From Eukaryota sp. TZLM1-RC (taxonomy: Eukaryota > Protista > Metamonada: BaSk clade): a stretch of DNA of 64,000 bases. Positions 22,690-33,656 of this stretch are shown here, piece after piece (position 1 is the first letter of the stretch; each line of letters begins with the position of its first letter). The stretch spans positions 496,001-560,000 of the forward strand of contig JAUPSS010000005.1 of NCBI GenBank assembly GCA_040285825.1, written 5' to 3'. A program made the position numbers and the translations under genes. Below the pieces are notes generated by a model, which did not search any database, was not told the origin of the DNA, and saw nothing but the letters and a program-made list of their open reading frames with translations.

Positions 22690-23911
22690 AACTCTACTGA
22701 CAAGGGAGCCAAAGTTTTGTACCTACGAGAGGTTTGTATATCTTAATGAAGTGTTGGAAAAGAATATTGTTAAGAACTTTGAAGAGATTGAAAGATGGTC
22801 TTGTGGGTTTGAGTGTAATTTTCAACTATGTTCGTAAATGATAAGAAGCAATATCTCAACGATTCCTCATCAAACAAATATGATCTACTGATCAACTCCA
22901 GTGATTAAAGATGTGATTCATGAGCGATTGAAAACCGACTGAACCCAATATCTGTGTTTTCTTTTGAGCAGTCTTCATGTTTGCAATGTCTTGTCTTTTC
23001 AAGTGACATCGGGTATCAAATTGTATCGAATAACAAGCCATGTAAAGCCAAGTTACTTGAGGTATTTAATGATACGATCAGGTCCCAGAGAGTCACTACA
23101 ACCTTGATGTGCTTCCGTGTGTATTGATTTTCGTGTAGCTTCCACAGAGTCTTGGGCCACGATGTTCATATTCCTTGAGTACTATAGGGGCTCATGTAAT
23201 GCGGATCAAGTGAGATTTTTCTAGCAACACCTAATTCAATAAACTCGTTCATTGGTCTTATAAAGATAAACAGATGTCTAGGATTGAGGTTTTTTGGATT
23301 GAGTTTCACACGCCTCGATTCATCTTCAACAAATATTTCCATTGGCGTACGTCTAAGCGGTCAGGGTAGGGTCTGTGACCCGACCCTACTGTCGAAAACA
23401 TCATCAAACTTCTGTAGAACATCCTTGACAGCTTGTAAGTGGGTATTGTCAGTAAGTTGATAACAGATTCTAGAGGTATGGTTGGGGCGTTTCGAATGTC
23501 CGGAGGAAATATTTCGGTGGCTTCATTTTATTGTTCGTCATCAATATCCTCCGGTATATGAGGTTGATGGTAAGTCCTTTATTAGGGACATAGAGGCCAG
23601 TGTTAAACAGGATGTCTCGGCCAACTAAGAGCTCGTGTTCGTTGTAGCATGAGGGAAGATAAAGTTACCGGAGGGTTGACCTTGAGTTCGATCGAGGCGT
23701 GGGTCATAACAGTGGCAGATTTCAAGGTACCATTAAAATGCCTTTTATGGCATAATTTCCTCAGGTGATAACGATATTAAGTTTTCCAGCAAGAAAGGAG
23801 TTGATAAGGTTATAATTGGAGCCAAGATCTATCGTATCGGTGACAAAAGTATTATATACTAATGGAGGGATTTGTATTTTTGGGGTTTCGGGTATGGAAA
23901 GTGTTGAGACG
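22690..23911 (-). mobile_element. Decayed Gypsy/Ty3 LTR retrotransposon pol (protease and RT start)
   Basis: Manual translation: IDLGSNYNLI (aspartic protease-like); LQKFDDVFD...PMEI...LNP...EFIELGVAR...SP...PRLCGSYTKIN (Gypsy RT N-terminus). Many stops. Confidence 0.75.
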
Positions 23912-23913
23912 TA

Positions 23914-26120
23914 CACTGTTGGCAGTAATTAGTCTCACTCAGACTAAGTTTGTACTGAATTGTTTGTGCTTTCCGGACAATATTAGTCTCACTCAGACTA
24001 TATTTTGCAGTGAGACTAATTCTGTACTGAGACTAATTTTGCAGTGAGACTAATTTTGTCTCGACCTTATTTCCTTTGACCACCAGACAAACAACATCTT
24101 TATCAATAAAAAACACTCAATCTATTCTAAAATATAACATTCATCCTCTTCTTCATCCTTCAGCTTAGTAATCTTCTGTTGTGTTATGAAATCTTCGGTT
24201 ACTTGAATTTCCTCCTCTGAATTATCGTCGAATCCCTGTACTTCAGTGAAATCATCGTCGTCACTCACATCTTCCCAGATATCTTCATAACAACTGGGAG
24301 GCTTTTCTCCTTTGAAGTTTGCATTGTATTTGGAAATAATTGCTTGAAGTTGGGGACTCAGATATTTAACACTCCATTCACCAACATCGTCCAAACCCAA
24401 TCCACAGCGTATCATCGCTACTCTGGCGTAAGACATGTTATTCTCATTCCTCTTGGAGTTGATTTCAGCCACCACTTCCTTGGCTAAGTTCAAAAAGTAC
24501 CTTTTTCCTGGATTGGGAAGTTTTCCAGATGCACAATACTCATTGTTTTGTATCATCTCTACCTTTTTCCGATCCCATGCCTTTGTCCACGCCCTTTTGA
24601 TCATTGCAATGATGAATGTATCACAGGGTTGCACTAAATGAGTTGAGTTTGGGGGCAAAAAGCAAACAGTAGCATGTAAACGTGTCAGAGCATTCTTCAC
24701 TCTGGCTGTGAGCTTGTGACTTGGAACGTTGTCGCAGAAAAATATTTGCTTTTTGTTTACCATTCTGCAGTTAACTCTTCTTTCTTCTAAATACTCGGCA
24801 AATTTTTGAGAAGTCATAAAGCCTTTTTTTGCCGTTCGATAAGCCACTTGAGTATCACTGTCTTGTAGATTGCGGATGGGATAGCTTTCTGACTGATTTT
24901 GAAATATAAGAAATGGTACATCAATACGAGCATTTGGACCGCCAGTGAGCTTCACCACTAATGTCATTCCCTGGGAACCACTGACGACATCAGTGTATCT
25001 TACTTCCTCATCACCAATAAATCCCAATGTCTTCTTATTATCCATATTGATACGGAAATGAGTCTCATCGAAATTGCAAATTTGACTGTGATCAATCCCT
25101 CGATCTTGAAACATTCTTGCGACATTGCCTAAGTGAAAAGCCACCGCTCTTTCAATTTCTTCCTGTTTAACAGCGCCAACGGAGAGTTTACCTGTTTGAG
25201 TACGAGGAACAATATTAAATCGGGCCATAAATTGTTGAATCCATTTGAACTGAATTCGGTCCATAAGCATCTTACCTGATTTATCTTGAGGATCGATCCA
25301 TTCTGGTCTAAAAATTGGATGATTTCCAGTTCTTAAAACGTGTTTAGCGACATCTCCCAGAATACTGGTGTCGATCTTACATCCCATCTTCTTCATCACG
25401 AGAAACTCCTCCAGCAGTTCTTTGTGTACCCATTCTACCCATTCAGCTCTCTTTCTACCTCTTCCGCTCCTGGCTTTTAAAAGAATTTTCTTCACTGTAC
25501 TGTTTTGTACACGTTCTAGGGACAATTTGTCCTTTTCCAACCTCCTATAAAACTGATGGCGGTTTTTCCACCAGTCTGATGCCTTTTGGATGTTGGCGTT
25601 TGAGGACGATCTGAAGTGCTCGGGAAACTGTTTGACAGTGGCAGCTTTCAACCCCTTTTCGGTGTTTTGTTCTTGTACCCATCTTTCCATCCACTCAAGA
25701 ACCACTTTACGAGTTTGTTTGGTGGAAACTTGTTGAATTCGTCTTTTAGTTCCTGCAGTGGGAGACAACACAGCGTTTTCATCATGGTGTTGTATTTCAG
25801 GAAGTGGTAAGACGATAGGAGTGGAGGTATCCACTTCTGCAGAAGGAGGTGTAGTGTGAGCCGTGCTAGAGCGTTGAGCCCGTGCAAAAGATTGTACGAG
25901 AGGAGAACCCGAGAAAAGACCGTTCATTAGTAAGAGAAAAAATGAATAAAAAATGATTGGTACAAAATTTTATAAGTTTTTGAAAAAAGTACTGGAAAAA
26001 TGTTTATGAAACTCAGGACAAAATTAGTCTCACAAAGACGATTTTGAATGGTCATTGGACAAAATTAGTCTCACTCAGACTAATTTTGCAGTGAGACTAA
26101 TTTGGCAGTGAGACTAATTA
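23914..26120 (-). mobile_element. pogo/Tigger-like DNA transposon inserted in the Gypsy remnant
   Basis: Begins after TA at 23912-13. IR core TAATTAGTCTCACT at 23926-23939 and 26107-26120. About 9 ATTAGTCTCA subterminal motifs in both orientations. Confidence 0.9.
24122..25927 (-). CDS. Intact pogo-family DDD transposase (CENP-B-type HTH + DDE_1), 601 aa
   Basis: NFDETHF, FCDNVPSH and LPPNSTHLVQPCD catalytic motifs; WIQQFMARFNI HTH end. Confidence 0.95.
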   Translation of the reverse strand: MNGLFSGSPLVQSFARAQRSSTAHTTPPSAEVDTSTPIVLPLPEIQHHDENAVLSPTAGTKRRIQQVSTKQTRKVVLEWMERWVQEQNTEKGLKAATVKQFPEHFRSSSNANIQKASDWWKNRHQFYRRLEKDKLSLERVQNSTVKKILLKARSGRGRKRAEWVEWVHKELLEEFLVMKKMGCKIDTSILGDVAKHVLRTGNHPIFRPEWIDPQDKSGKMLMDRIQFKWIQQFMARFNIVPRTQTGKLSVGAVKQEEIERAVAFHLGNVARMFQDRGIDHSQICNFDETHFRINMDNKKTLGFIGDEEVRYTDVVSGSQGMTLVVKLTGGPNARIDVPFLIFQNQSESYPIRNLQDSDTQVAYRTAKKGFMTSQKFAEYLEERRVNCRMVNKKQIFFCDNVPSHKLTARVKNALTRLHATVCFLPPNSTHLVQPCDTFIIAMIKRAWTKAWDRKKVEMIQNNEYCASGKLPNPGKRYFLNLAKEVVAEINSKRNENNMSYARVAMIRCGLGLDDVGEWSVKYLSPQLQAIISKYNANFKGEKPPSCYEDIWEDVSDDDDFTEVQGFDDNSEEEIQVTEDFITQQKITKLKDEEEDECYILE

Positions 26121-26390
26121 GGGCTGCTTGCTGGGTCCGGAAAGAAGGGAAAGCGAGGCAGGTTTCAAAAAAAACTCTGAAGTTCCGCATCAGCGTCTAC
26201 CTCCTCATCTAGTTTGTTGTCGGGGTTGGGCTCCGGTTCATTTAGGGTAGACCCTTTTAGGATGGAGCTGGCGATTTTATCGTTAAGAGTTACATCTGGT
26301 TGACTTTTTTTGGCAATTTCTATGGCTTTTTGGTAGCTCAGTAGAGCTTTAACACTTAGGTTAGTAAGAATTGGAATTGGTGGGACAATG
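26121..26390 (-). mobile_element. Probable gag remnant of the interrupted Gypsy element
   Basis: IPILTNLSVKALLSYQKAIE... lies upstream of, and on the same strand as, the pol remnant across the pogo insertion. Confidence 0.4.
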
Positions 26391-26549
26391 ATTCATAGAA
26401 AAATAATGCTTCAGTGATCACTGTTGCTTGTTCATGTAAAAAGAGGAAACGACATTATTATACTAATAAATAACATTTAAGTGTGTGCCTTGTCATCATG
26501 AATAAAGCTTAATCTAAATTACAAACAATGGTTATCAACTTGTATGTAA

Positions 26550-26740
26550 CAGACGGTCTTTGATTGTTCTTGGTTCACAATCCGCCCTTTTTGCATCTAG
26601 AAGGACCGCTTTTCTCACAAACAAAGAGATAAGAAGAGGAGCGACCTATGATGGAAGCATAGCCACACCGAAAGCATCGTTCTTGAAGAGTTATTATGAC
26701 TTCCCTTCTGGTTTCACCACAGATGTCCATGAAGTCCATT
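26550..26740 (-). mobile_element. MULE transposase N-terminal (FAR1-like) remnant
   Basis: LQERCFRCGYASIIGRSS.YLFVCEKSGPSR...QRPS; adjacent TGGTAC repeats at ~26795-26845. Confidence 0.5.
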
Positions 26741-27299
26741 GAGGTGTAATGAAAAAAATTGTGGTCTGTACCTAATTCATAGTACGTGAAGTAACGTGGT
26801 ACGTAAAAGCAAAATAAATGAAATTATGGTACGTTTTGTGGTACTTTTAATCAGTCTCTTGGCTAATTTCTTCAATGAGAGAAGGTTTAATGCTTATCAT
26901 TTAGACTTGAAAAATTAATCGCAAATGGTTTTCAACCTTACGAAATAAATCAGAAGAGAAACTACCGAAATAGACACCTGTACATTGCAATTACCCCCGT
27001 CTGTCATTACAACATCATTGTTTCAGCGGATTTATTCATTTTTTTATACATACAACATTTGCATTACGATATACAACACATACTATATTCACAACTACTT
27101 CAGGTTGTTATGCTTTTTTTCTTCAGCTGTATCAATTCCGCAGTTCTTAATGTAGTGGTATCTTCAACAAACAAACGTGTGCGGCTGTCTTCGTTCATCT
27201 CCAAATAGTCAGTCACCACTACATTATTGACTTCACCCACATCCTCAACATCCTTTTTTAACCCAAACACCTAACTCCATTGTGACTTCGTTGCTTTGC

Positions 27300-27555
27300 C
27301 CAACATTATTTTGTTCGGGTAGTGGATTGTTGATTTTTATTACTGCCATTGGACAACAATTGCAAAATTTTGGCATGGGGTAAGTTGAGTAGAACAGGTA
27401 AGTTGTATAAAACTTTCAAGGAACCAAAATGTATGGAAGCTTTAACCAATATTGAAAGTATTTCTGTTGGTCATGATTTAAATTTTGACTGTGAAAAAAA
27501 CAATGTATGGGCTTAAGGAAAAAATAATACAGGTCATTTAGGTCCTAGTAGTTCA
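27300..27555 (+). pseudogene. RCC1-repeat fragment
   Basis: KILAWG...EPKCMEALTNIESISVGHD...VWA*GKNNTGHLG. Confidence 0.65.
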
Positions 27556-27564
27556 ATTGATTGA

Positions 27565-27900
27565 CTACAACCTGCCAAAATACCAAAATATTTGGGCCTG
27601 AAATACTTGGCAGTCACAGCATTGTACCTTTGCAGCAAAGAGATGAGTCAAAACAAATTGCTTGAAAATTAATTCTACTTTGTTTAGTAGCACCTCAGTG
27701 TTAACTTTTTCTTGACAAAGAATAGATGTATCATCTAAATAGCTTTTAACTTCGACAGCTTGGTAGTTATTCAGAAATGATGAAACATAAATAGATCCAA
27801 TAGCATACAAGAAAAGAGAGATGGGATCACCTTGCCTAACACCTGTATTTGTTTTAAACGACCTCATAGCAAAGAGATGATTTTGTCCATTTTCTGTGTG
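27565..27900 (-). mobile_element. Non-LTR reverse transcriptase fragment
   Basis: TGVRQGDPISLFLY...SYLDD. Confidence 0.85.
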
Positions 27901-29446
27901 GCACAGTTGCTGAATTACAGGAGAGACAAATGTCAAAAGAGCACTTAAGGTTCTAGACAGAGCAAAAGAGTGGGGAAGTTCTTCTACAAGTATGAAGTCC
28001 TCAATGGGTAAGGTGACATAAATCTGCTGTCTTTGAGATAGTAGAAAATTGAGGAATGATGGATTAGTTTCAACTTTATTACCCTCTAGACCAACTTGTC
28101 GTGTATAATCAGAGGAAAAAAGGATATGGTCAAGAAGTGTCTGCAGTGTTGGCAATTAATGTTCTGTCAAAATTTTGATAGGAACTTCTCGGTCTGTAGA
28201 GTTCGATCCGTTTTCCACAAATGTCACCAATGAAAACTATAATTTGAAGTATAATTTGACTACACACCTAGTTTTGAATGAACAGAAACGGTTTTCAACC
28301 TTTAAGCCATTTGTGACCTATGTGATAAACTATTCTAATGGATTCTATTATATACAAAATATTTCTGTTGAAACACTTCTGCTGAGTAATACTTGAATAA
28401 CACTCAGTGTTTTCAGAAGTGAGTGTAAGTATTACTTGATTATTTGCGTAATTTACTTAAATGATTTATGAATAAAAACATTTTCATTGTAATCGTGCCA
28501 AAGTAATCAATTAGGCGGTATTTTGACTATGTTAATGTTTACTAAGATTCAAAATTATTGACATCATTTCCAAATGTTGAAGTTGCCAGGATACTTGGAG
28601 GGTTGAGGTATGATGAGAATGAAACTGTTATTAATTTGATACATATATCAAAGCTTCAATGTTGGAAATTTGATTGTGAATTGGGATTCTGTTGATATTG
28701 TTATACAATTACCAAACTTGAAAAACTTGACACATCATGGTAATCATCCATTTTCGGTTTCAACAATGAAAATTTATGACGTCTAGCAAACTCAGTTGTC
28801 AATGCTACACATATCTTGAACTGTTTCATTTCTACAACCCAATAATTAATTGATTGGCTAATTGATAGGTTTGTCCAAATGCGACGCATCAAATAATTGT
28901 GTCAATTCGCAACTGTCCAATGTGTACCGAGGATAATTCATTTGAGTTAACATCTTCTGCAAGCATAAATCACGGAACTACTGCTTCTTTTTTGATCATT
29001 GTTGAGCACAAAAATGGAAAGAAAATATAATTTTGAAATTTTAAATAACACCAAATTCATAAATTTCTGTAGTATCAGGAGTTTAGATGCTTGCTCTTGG
29101 CTTACATTTAGCAACAAATGTGTTGGAAACACGACAAATAACATTTTTGCCACTATGAAAACTCGTTGTATTGTAAAGGCAAGAATTTGTCAGAGGGGTA
29201 AGATTTTATTTATAAGGTCGATGAGAAATCATGAAAAAAGAGACAATGGAACACTGTATGATTAGTATCACTGGGTTTTGTATTTACTGAGAACAATATA
29301 GTCATGTGTGAACGCGTCCTTAGAAGAGACGTTGTATCATGTGTCATATTAAAATCTCAAAGTTTGAAATTCTCAGATTCATTTCTATTCTACATCCAAT
29401 AATCTCAACGGGTTACTACTATTTGATATTATTGTGTTATTAACCG

Positions 29447-31157
29447 ATGTCTGATCCTCTTCTCCAATCTCCTCCCTCCATGGGGAGCTTAAAGAAGCAA
29501 AACCTTTTGGTCACTCTTTTGCTGGTGGTCGTTGCTTTATGTATCGCTCAGTTTTTCTTCTCCTTCCTTTTCTCTAACAGTATCAGAGACGAGGTTGACA
29601 GCTTGCGTTCTGAGGAGTTGCCACGTGCATTTACTACGCAGTATCTCACTGCCAACACTGATCAACACAGAAGAGGTACTTGCTGGGCTTTTGCAGCGAT
29701 AAATACCTTGGAATCTTTTTATGTCCGTCATGGTCGCCGTAATGGATGGTTAAAAGAAAAGGAAGCTGTGAAATTGTCAGAGCAGGCGTATATTATATCC
29801 CTTCTTGAGTATTGTAACCATCATCCTAAACGTTGTCCTGATACCCCTAAGGATACGTACCATGGTTCAGATGGTTATATCATGTGGCTTTGGTCGTATG
29901 TTCTTCTTTTACCATTTATCATAGATTCCAAAAGTACTTTTCACCCCGTTTGATTCCTGACCTCGAGACCTGTCCATATCAAGAAGAAGCTGATGATGGA
30001 AAGCGTGACATGGAATGTCCTGGTAGAGACAAGGCCATTCAAACCAATCCTATTCGCTATGAGGCTGATCTCATCAAGACGCTCTACACCGTAGAAGAAG
30101 TCAAGCAAGCTTTGGCAAAGGACAAAATTGTTCCTCTCGTCATTGAACTTGCTTGGACTCCCTATTATCTCAAATGCGAAGGAGCTTATGCTGAACTGGA
30201 TGGTTGCAAGAATTCTGCTGTCCGTTGTCCCATTGATGTTGATCCTCAAGAAGGTGATTGCTTCATTGTCTATGCCATGACTGATGATGTTGGTCACTTC
30301 TTCTTTACTGAGAAGACTGTATGTACTTATCCCATTACATAACTCTAGGGTCACGATCTCGCTCCCGTTGGTGGTCATGCCATTGCTACCGTTGGGTATA
30401 ATGACGATTACGTCTTTTACAACAACGAAGGTGAAAGCTTCAAAGGAGGTTTCATCATCAAGAACAGTATTTATTACTTTCATTGCTAATTATAGGTTGG
30501 GGACCTGATGTTTCCCACTCTGTTCAGCACTTTATGAACGAAGGTACCTACCGCCATGAAGATGAACTCTGTCCTAACGAAAGAGCATTCTCTTCTTGGG
30601 TACCCTGTGGAAATGATGGCCAGGGTGATGATTTCTACAAGATGAAGAATACCACTGAACTCAAATGTCGCGCTGATGGTACCAGACCTGGACATTTACA
30701 CATCAACGGGTGGTCCGATGAGTTGAAGAATCTCATGTGTGATGACCAACATACTTATTGCATCAAAAAGACAAGAACCGCTGCTGATGGTGCTATTGAA
30801 GTCACTGTTTCTAGATGGACTGATGATCCTCAAGAAGCGACTGACGAAACTCTTCCCCCTCTTCCTCCCTTAGCTCTCTCCATGGTTTTTGAACCCGTTG
30901 AAGTCAAGAAGGAAAACTCCGTTCTCCACTGTGGATACAATTGGATGCCTTACAAGGTCTGGGAAGAAACTTACTCTAGATGGTTAGCCTGGGGTATGGA
31001 CTATGAAATTAAGTTTGATCGCTCTTCTTATGCCTCCCAAGGTAAGGACTTTAAGAAATTCGATTACACCCATGTCAAGAAGTCTACCTATAAGATTGAG
31101 GCTCTTGAACGTCCTCTTACTTCTACTCCTTGGATTGCTGAGGTTTATGAAGACTAG
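29447..31157 (+). CDS. Papain-family (C1A) cysteine protease with N-terminal TM anchor, three introns
   Basis: DQHRRGTCWAFA, GGHAIATVGYND and KNSWG are joined in frame by removing introns 29896-29924, 30319-30348 and 30467-30495. Confidence 0.93.
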
Positions 31158-32022
31158 ATTTATTGTATTTATCTCTATTTTATAAATAATTTTATTGGAA
31201 ATTTGTTCCAATTGGATGGGCTTGTAATTTTGATGCTAATTTTACTTTTTCCATGACTTGTTCGCTTTTTCAGAAGTACAGGATAGTAATTCTTGGATTG
31301 AGTAAATCAGATAGAGAACACAAAATCAGTATTACTCTTGACAAAAATCGTGCTTCATTGCCACAGTTTAAAATACATGTGGATATTTATTTGAGTGTAC
31401 CTTTAGGATTAAATTTTCTTTTCTTAATCAGAGAATCATTTGTCACATCACAGAGAACAAGGTCAACAATGATCAGAGTTAAATCAGAAATTATGGCCAC
31501 TCAATGCATAATACATATTTCTTTTAGTAAAACCTTAAACTCTTACAAGCTTTGGGCATTCTTTGCTGTATTTTAAACATTATTTCACACAGAATTTTGA
31601 TAAGAATATCACAAAATTATCAATTTAGAGCAGTCAATAGAAAAAGCTCAGGTACATATATTGTAAATTCACACATCACATTTTTTGACCTGTGACGTGT
31701 GTTTTTGACCTGTGATGTGTGTCTTGGTCAACAATTTTCTGATTCTATGGGCCCCAATCGCCACATAGACATGTCAAAATACATACAGACTTCCAAATGC
31801 CCTTATAACAATCAAATACTGACAATCTTAAAACGATTAATCTTCATCAAACGGAGGTCTTTCTTCTTTTTGGTGAGTTTTTTCCGATACAAAATGCGGT
31901 AATTTCAGATAAGCTTATTTGTACTAAATATCAATGTGTAATAAGCAATTCCTTTATTGAGATATCAGTTGATACATGGGCCAACACAGCACTTTCGCAG
32001 AAAATACCTCATAATATTCAAT

Positions 32023-32300
32023 TTAGAAAGTTGCCACATTAGTAAGATCAGGATACTGACCAAAAGATAACAAAGCAGAAAATATTAAAGGGACAAAACA
32101 TTTAAAAACTGAAAATACAATTTTGTTCTGACAAAACGTCTTGTCAAAACTCTTATTGTACGCCTTTTCACATTTTCTATTAAATGGTCCAAAAAAATCC
32201 AGCAATTAGTCCAAGCTCATACTTGGTGTTACAGTTCAATAAACATGTTCTTTCTACTTTAAACAAATTTTCTTCAGTGTAACACTGATCATAGCCTAAT
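32023..32300 (-). mobile_element. CRE-like 3' fragment, third family
   Basis: KSFDKTFCQNKIVFSVFK..P.IFSAL parallels the family A C-terminus FWLNRIVFCIFKSIP. Confidence 0.6.
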
Positions 32301-32414
32301 TTTCCTCAAACAATTAATGCACAATACTGTATTAAGGATTTGGTCGTTACTATAAACAATTTTAACAGGAAAAACCCATAATTCAGGAAAAGCCCATGAT
32401 TTCTCATTTTACTG

Positions 32415-33066
32415 TCACCTGACAGGTTCCTTATTGGCGTTGATCTGATACAATCAAGATTATGTGGTTACTTCTTAGATGATAATTAAATTGAAGTTAC
32501 CCCTTGTCCAACTGGCAGAAGATACATGACAAATCCTTCACCCAGTAAACACTCTTCCAACCAAAATTATGTTCACAATTTCAACCAGTATTTGAACCAA
32601 TGGAATTTGTCAGGAGGAAAGTGTATTTGGAAATTAATCGCCAGAAATGGAACATAATTATTTGTGATAACCACAAACGAAAAGAGAGACGGTTTCGAGA
32701 AAGTTTCAACAAATTTCAAAGGCTGGCTGAACATCCTGTAAATTTCTACTTTGCTGTGGGTTCTACTAATTTTCCTTCCCATTGCTGAAAAATCAATCAA
32801 TATGAATCAACAGGAACTTTAAAAAATGATTGTGTTGTCAAAAGGACGTGAAGCACTTGTCAATCAGTGAATTGAATACAAGGAAACTATCCAGTTGTTG
32901 TATGGCCAACAATATTGAAGCAGGCTCATGGCAAATGCGTATTTGTACTGAGTGTCAAATAAAATATGACAGAGATATTTAAGCTGCAAAAAATGTTCAA
33001 ATTAAGAAGAAAGCGGAATTGTGGCCGGAAAGATACATTTGCCCAGAAGCTCTTTTGAGACCATGA
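32415..33066 (+). pseudogene. Fanzor RuvC half, subfamily 2 copy A (5'-truncated)
   Basis: FLIGVDL (D 32442); RQKW...FYFAVGSTNF; ISELNTRKLSSCC (E 32869); RICTECQIKYDRDI*AAKNV (D 32974); ends CPEALLRP*. Confidence 0.85.
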
Positions 33067-33395
33067 ATAAGGAAGCTGAGCAAACAAAAACTGAAACTTT
33101 TGAAAAACTTATATTTTATTTTGAGTGTTCACTTCATTTTTAATTTTTTAAAAATTTTTGAGACCGATCTACAAATGCCTTATCAGCATATGATAGATCG
33201 TCTTAGATACCTCAAGTCGCGACGCTTTGTTCTGTGAAATCAGTAGATGTATTTAAGTGAAGTAGCCCATTGATGAGGATGATGACTGTGTCAAATGACA
33301 CTACACGTTTCTTGCAGCCTGTGAGTAGACAGTGAGAAAGATGAATACATGAGTGAATTTCACAGGAGAATGGATGCTGAGTCAAATTCACAGTA
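33067..33395 (+). ncRNA. Conserved structured 3' end of Fanzor subfamily 2 (candidate omegaRNA scaffold/right end)
   Basis: Aligns throughout with the reverse complement of 53479-53537 plus 49852-50126. Stems at 33166-33199 and 33203-33213/33246-33256. Confidence 0.6.
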
Positions 33396-33656
33396 GTAAC
33401 AAGCTTTATACGAACTCATCGAAACTGCAATTGTCCTTGGTAAAATAAACTAATACTGCTGTTTTCAAAAACAACTTTATCAAATTTGAATCTTTGGGAA
33501 ATCAAATAGTTAAAGCAGTTCCAGAATTACGTACTAAAGTGTTTATTTAACTTTTTGTCAACATTCCTCATTTTTGTAGTTGTAAGAAGTTGTATATAGA
33601 CAAAATTATATGGTGAACTGACTGATCTTTCCTCGACTCTCACGCCCACTGTACTG

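Noticed and set aside
23926-24056. Short spaced repeats resembling a CRISPR array
   Set aside because: Mixed orientation and mirrored at 26021-26120; they are pogo subterminal motifs.
28700-29150. Additional MULE-like remnant (also a SWIM-like CSC near 47635)
   Set aside because: Motifs too short and degraded to support a call.
29941-30483. 180-aa minus-strand ORF
   Set aside because: Antisense to the spliced cysteine protease.
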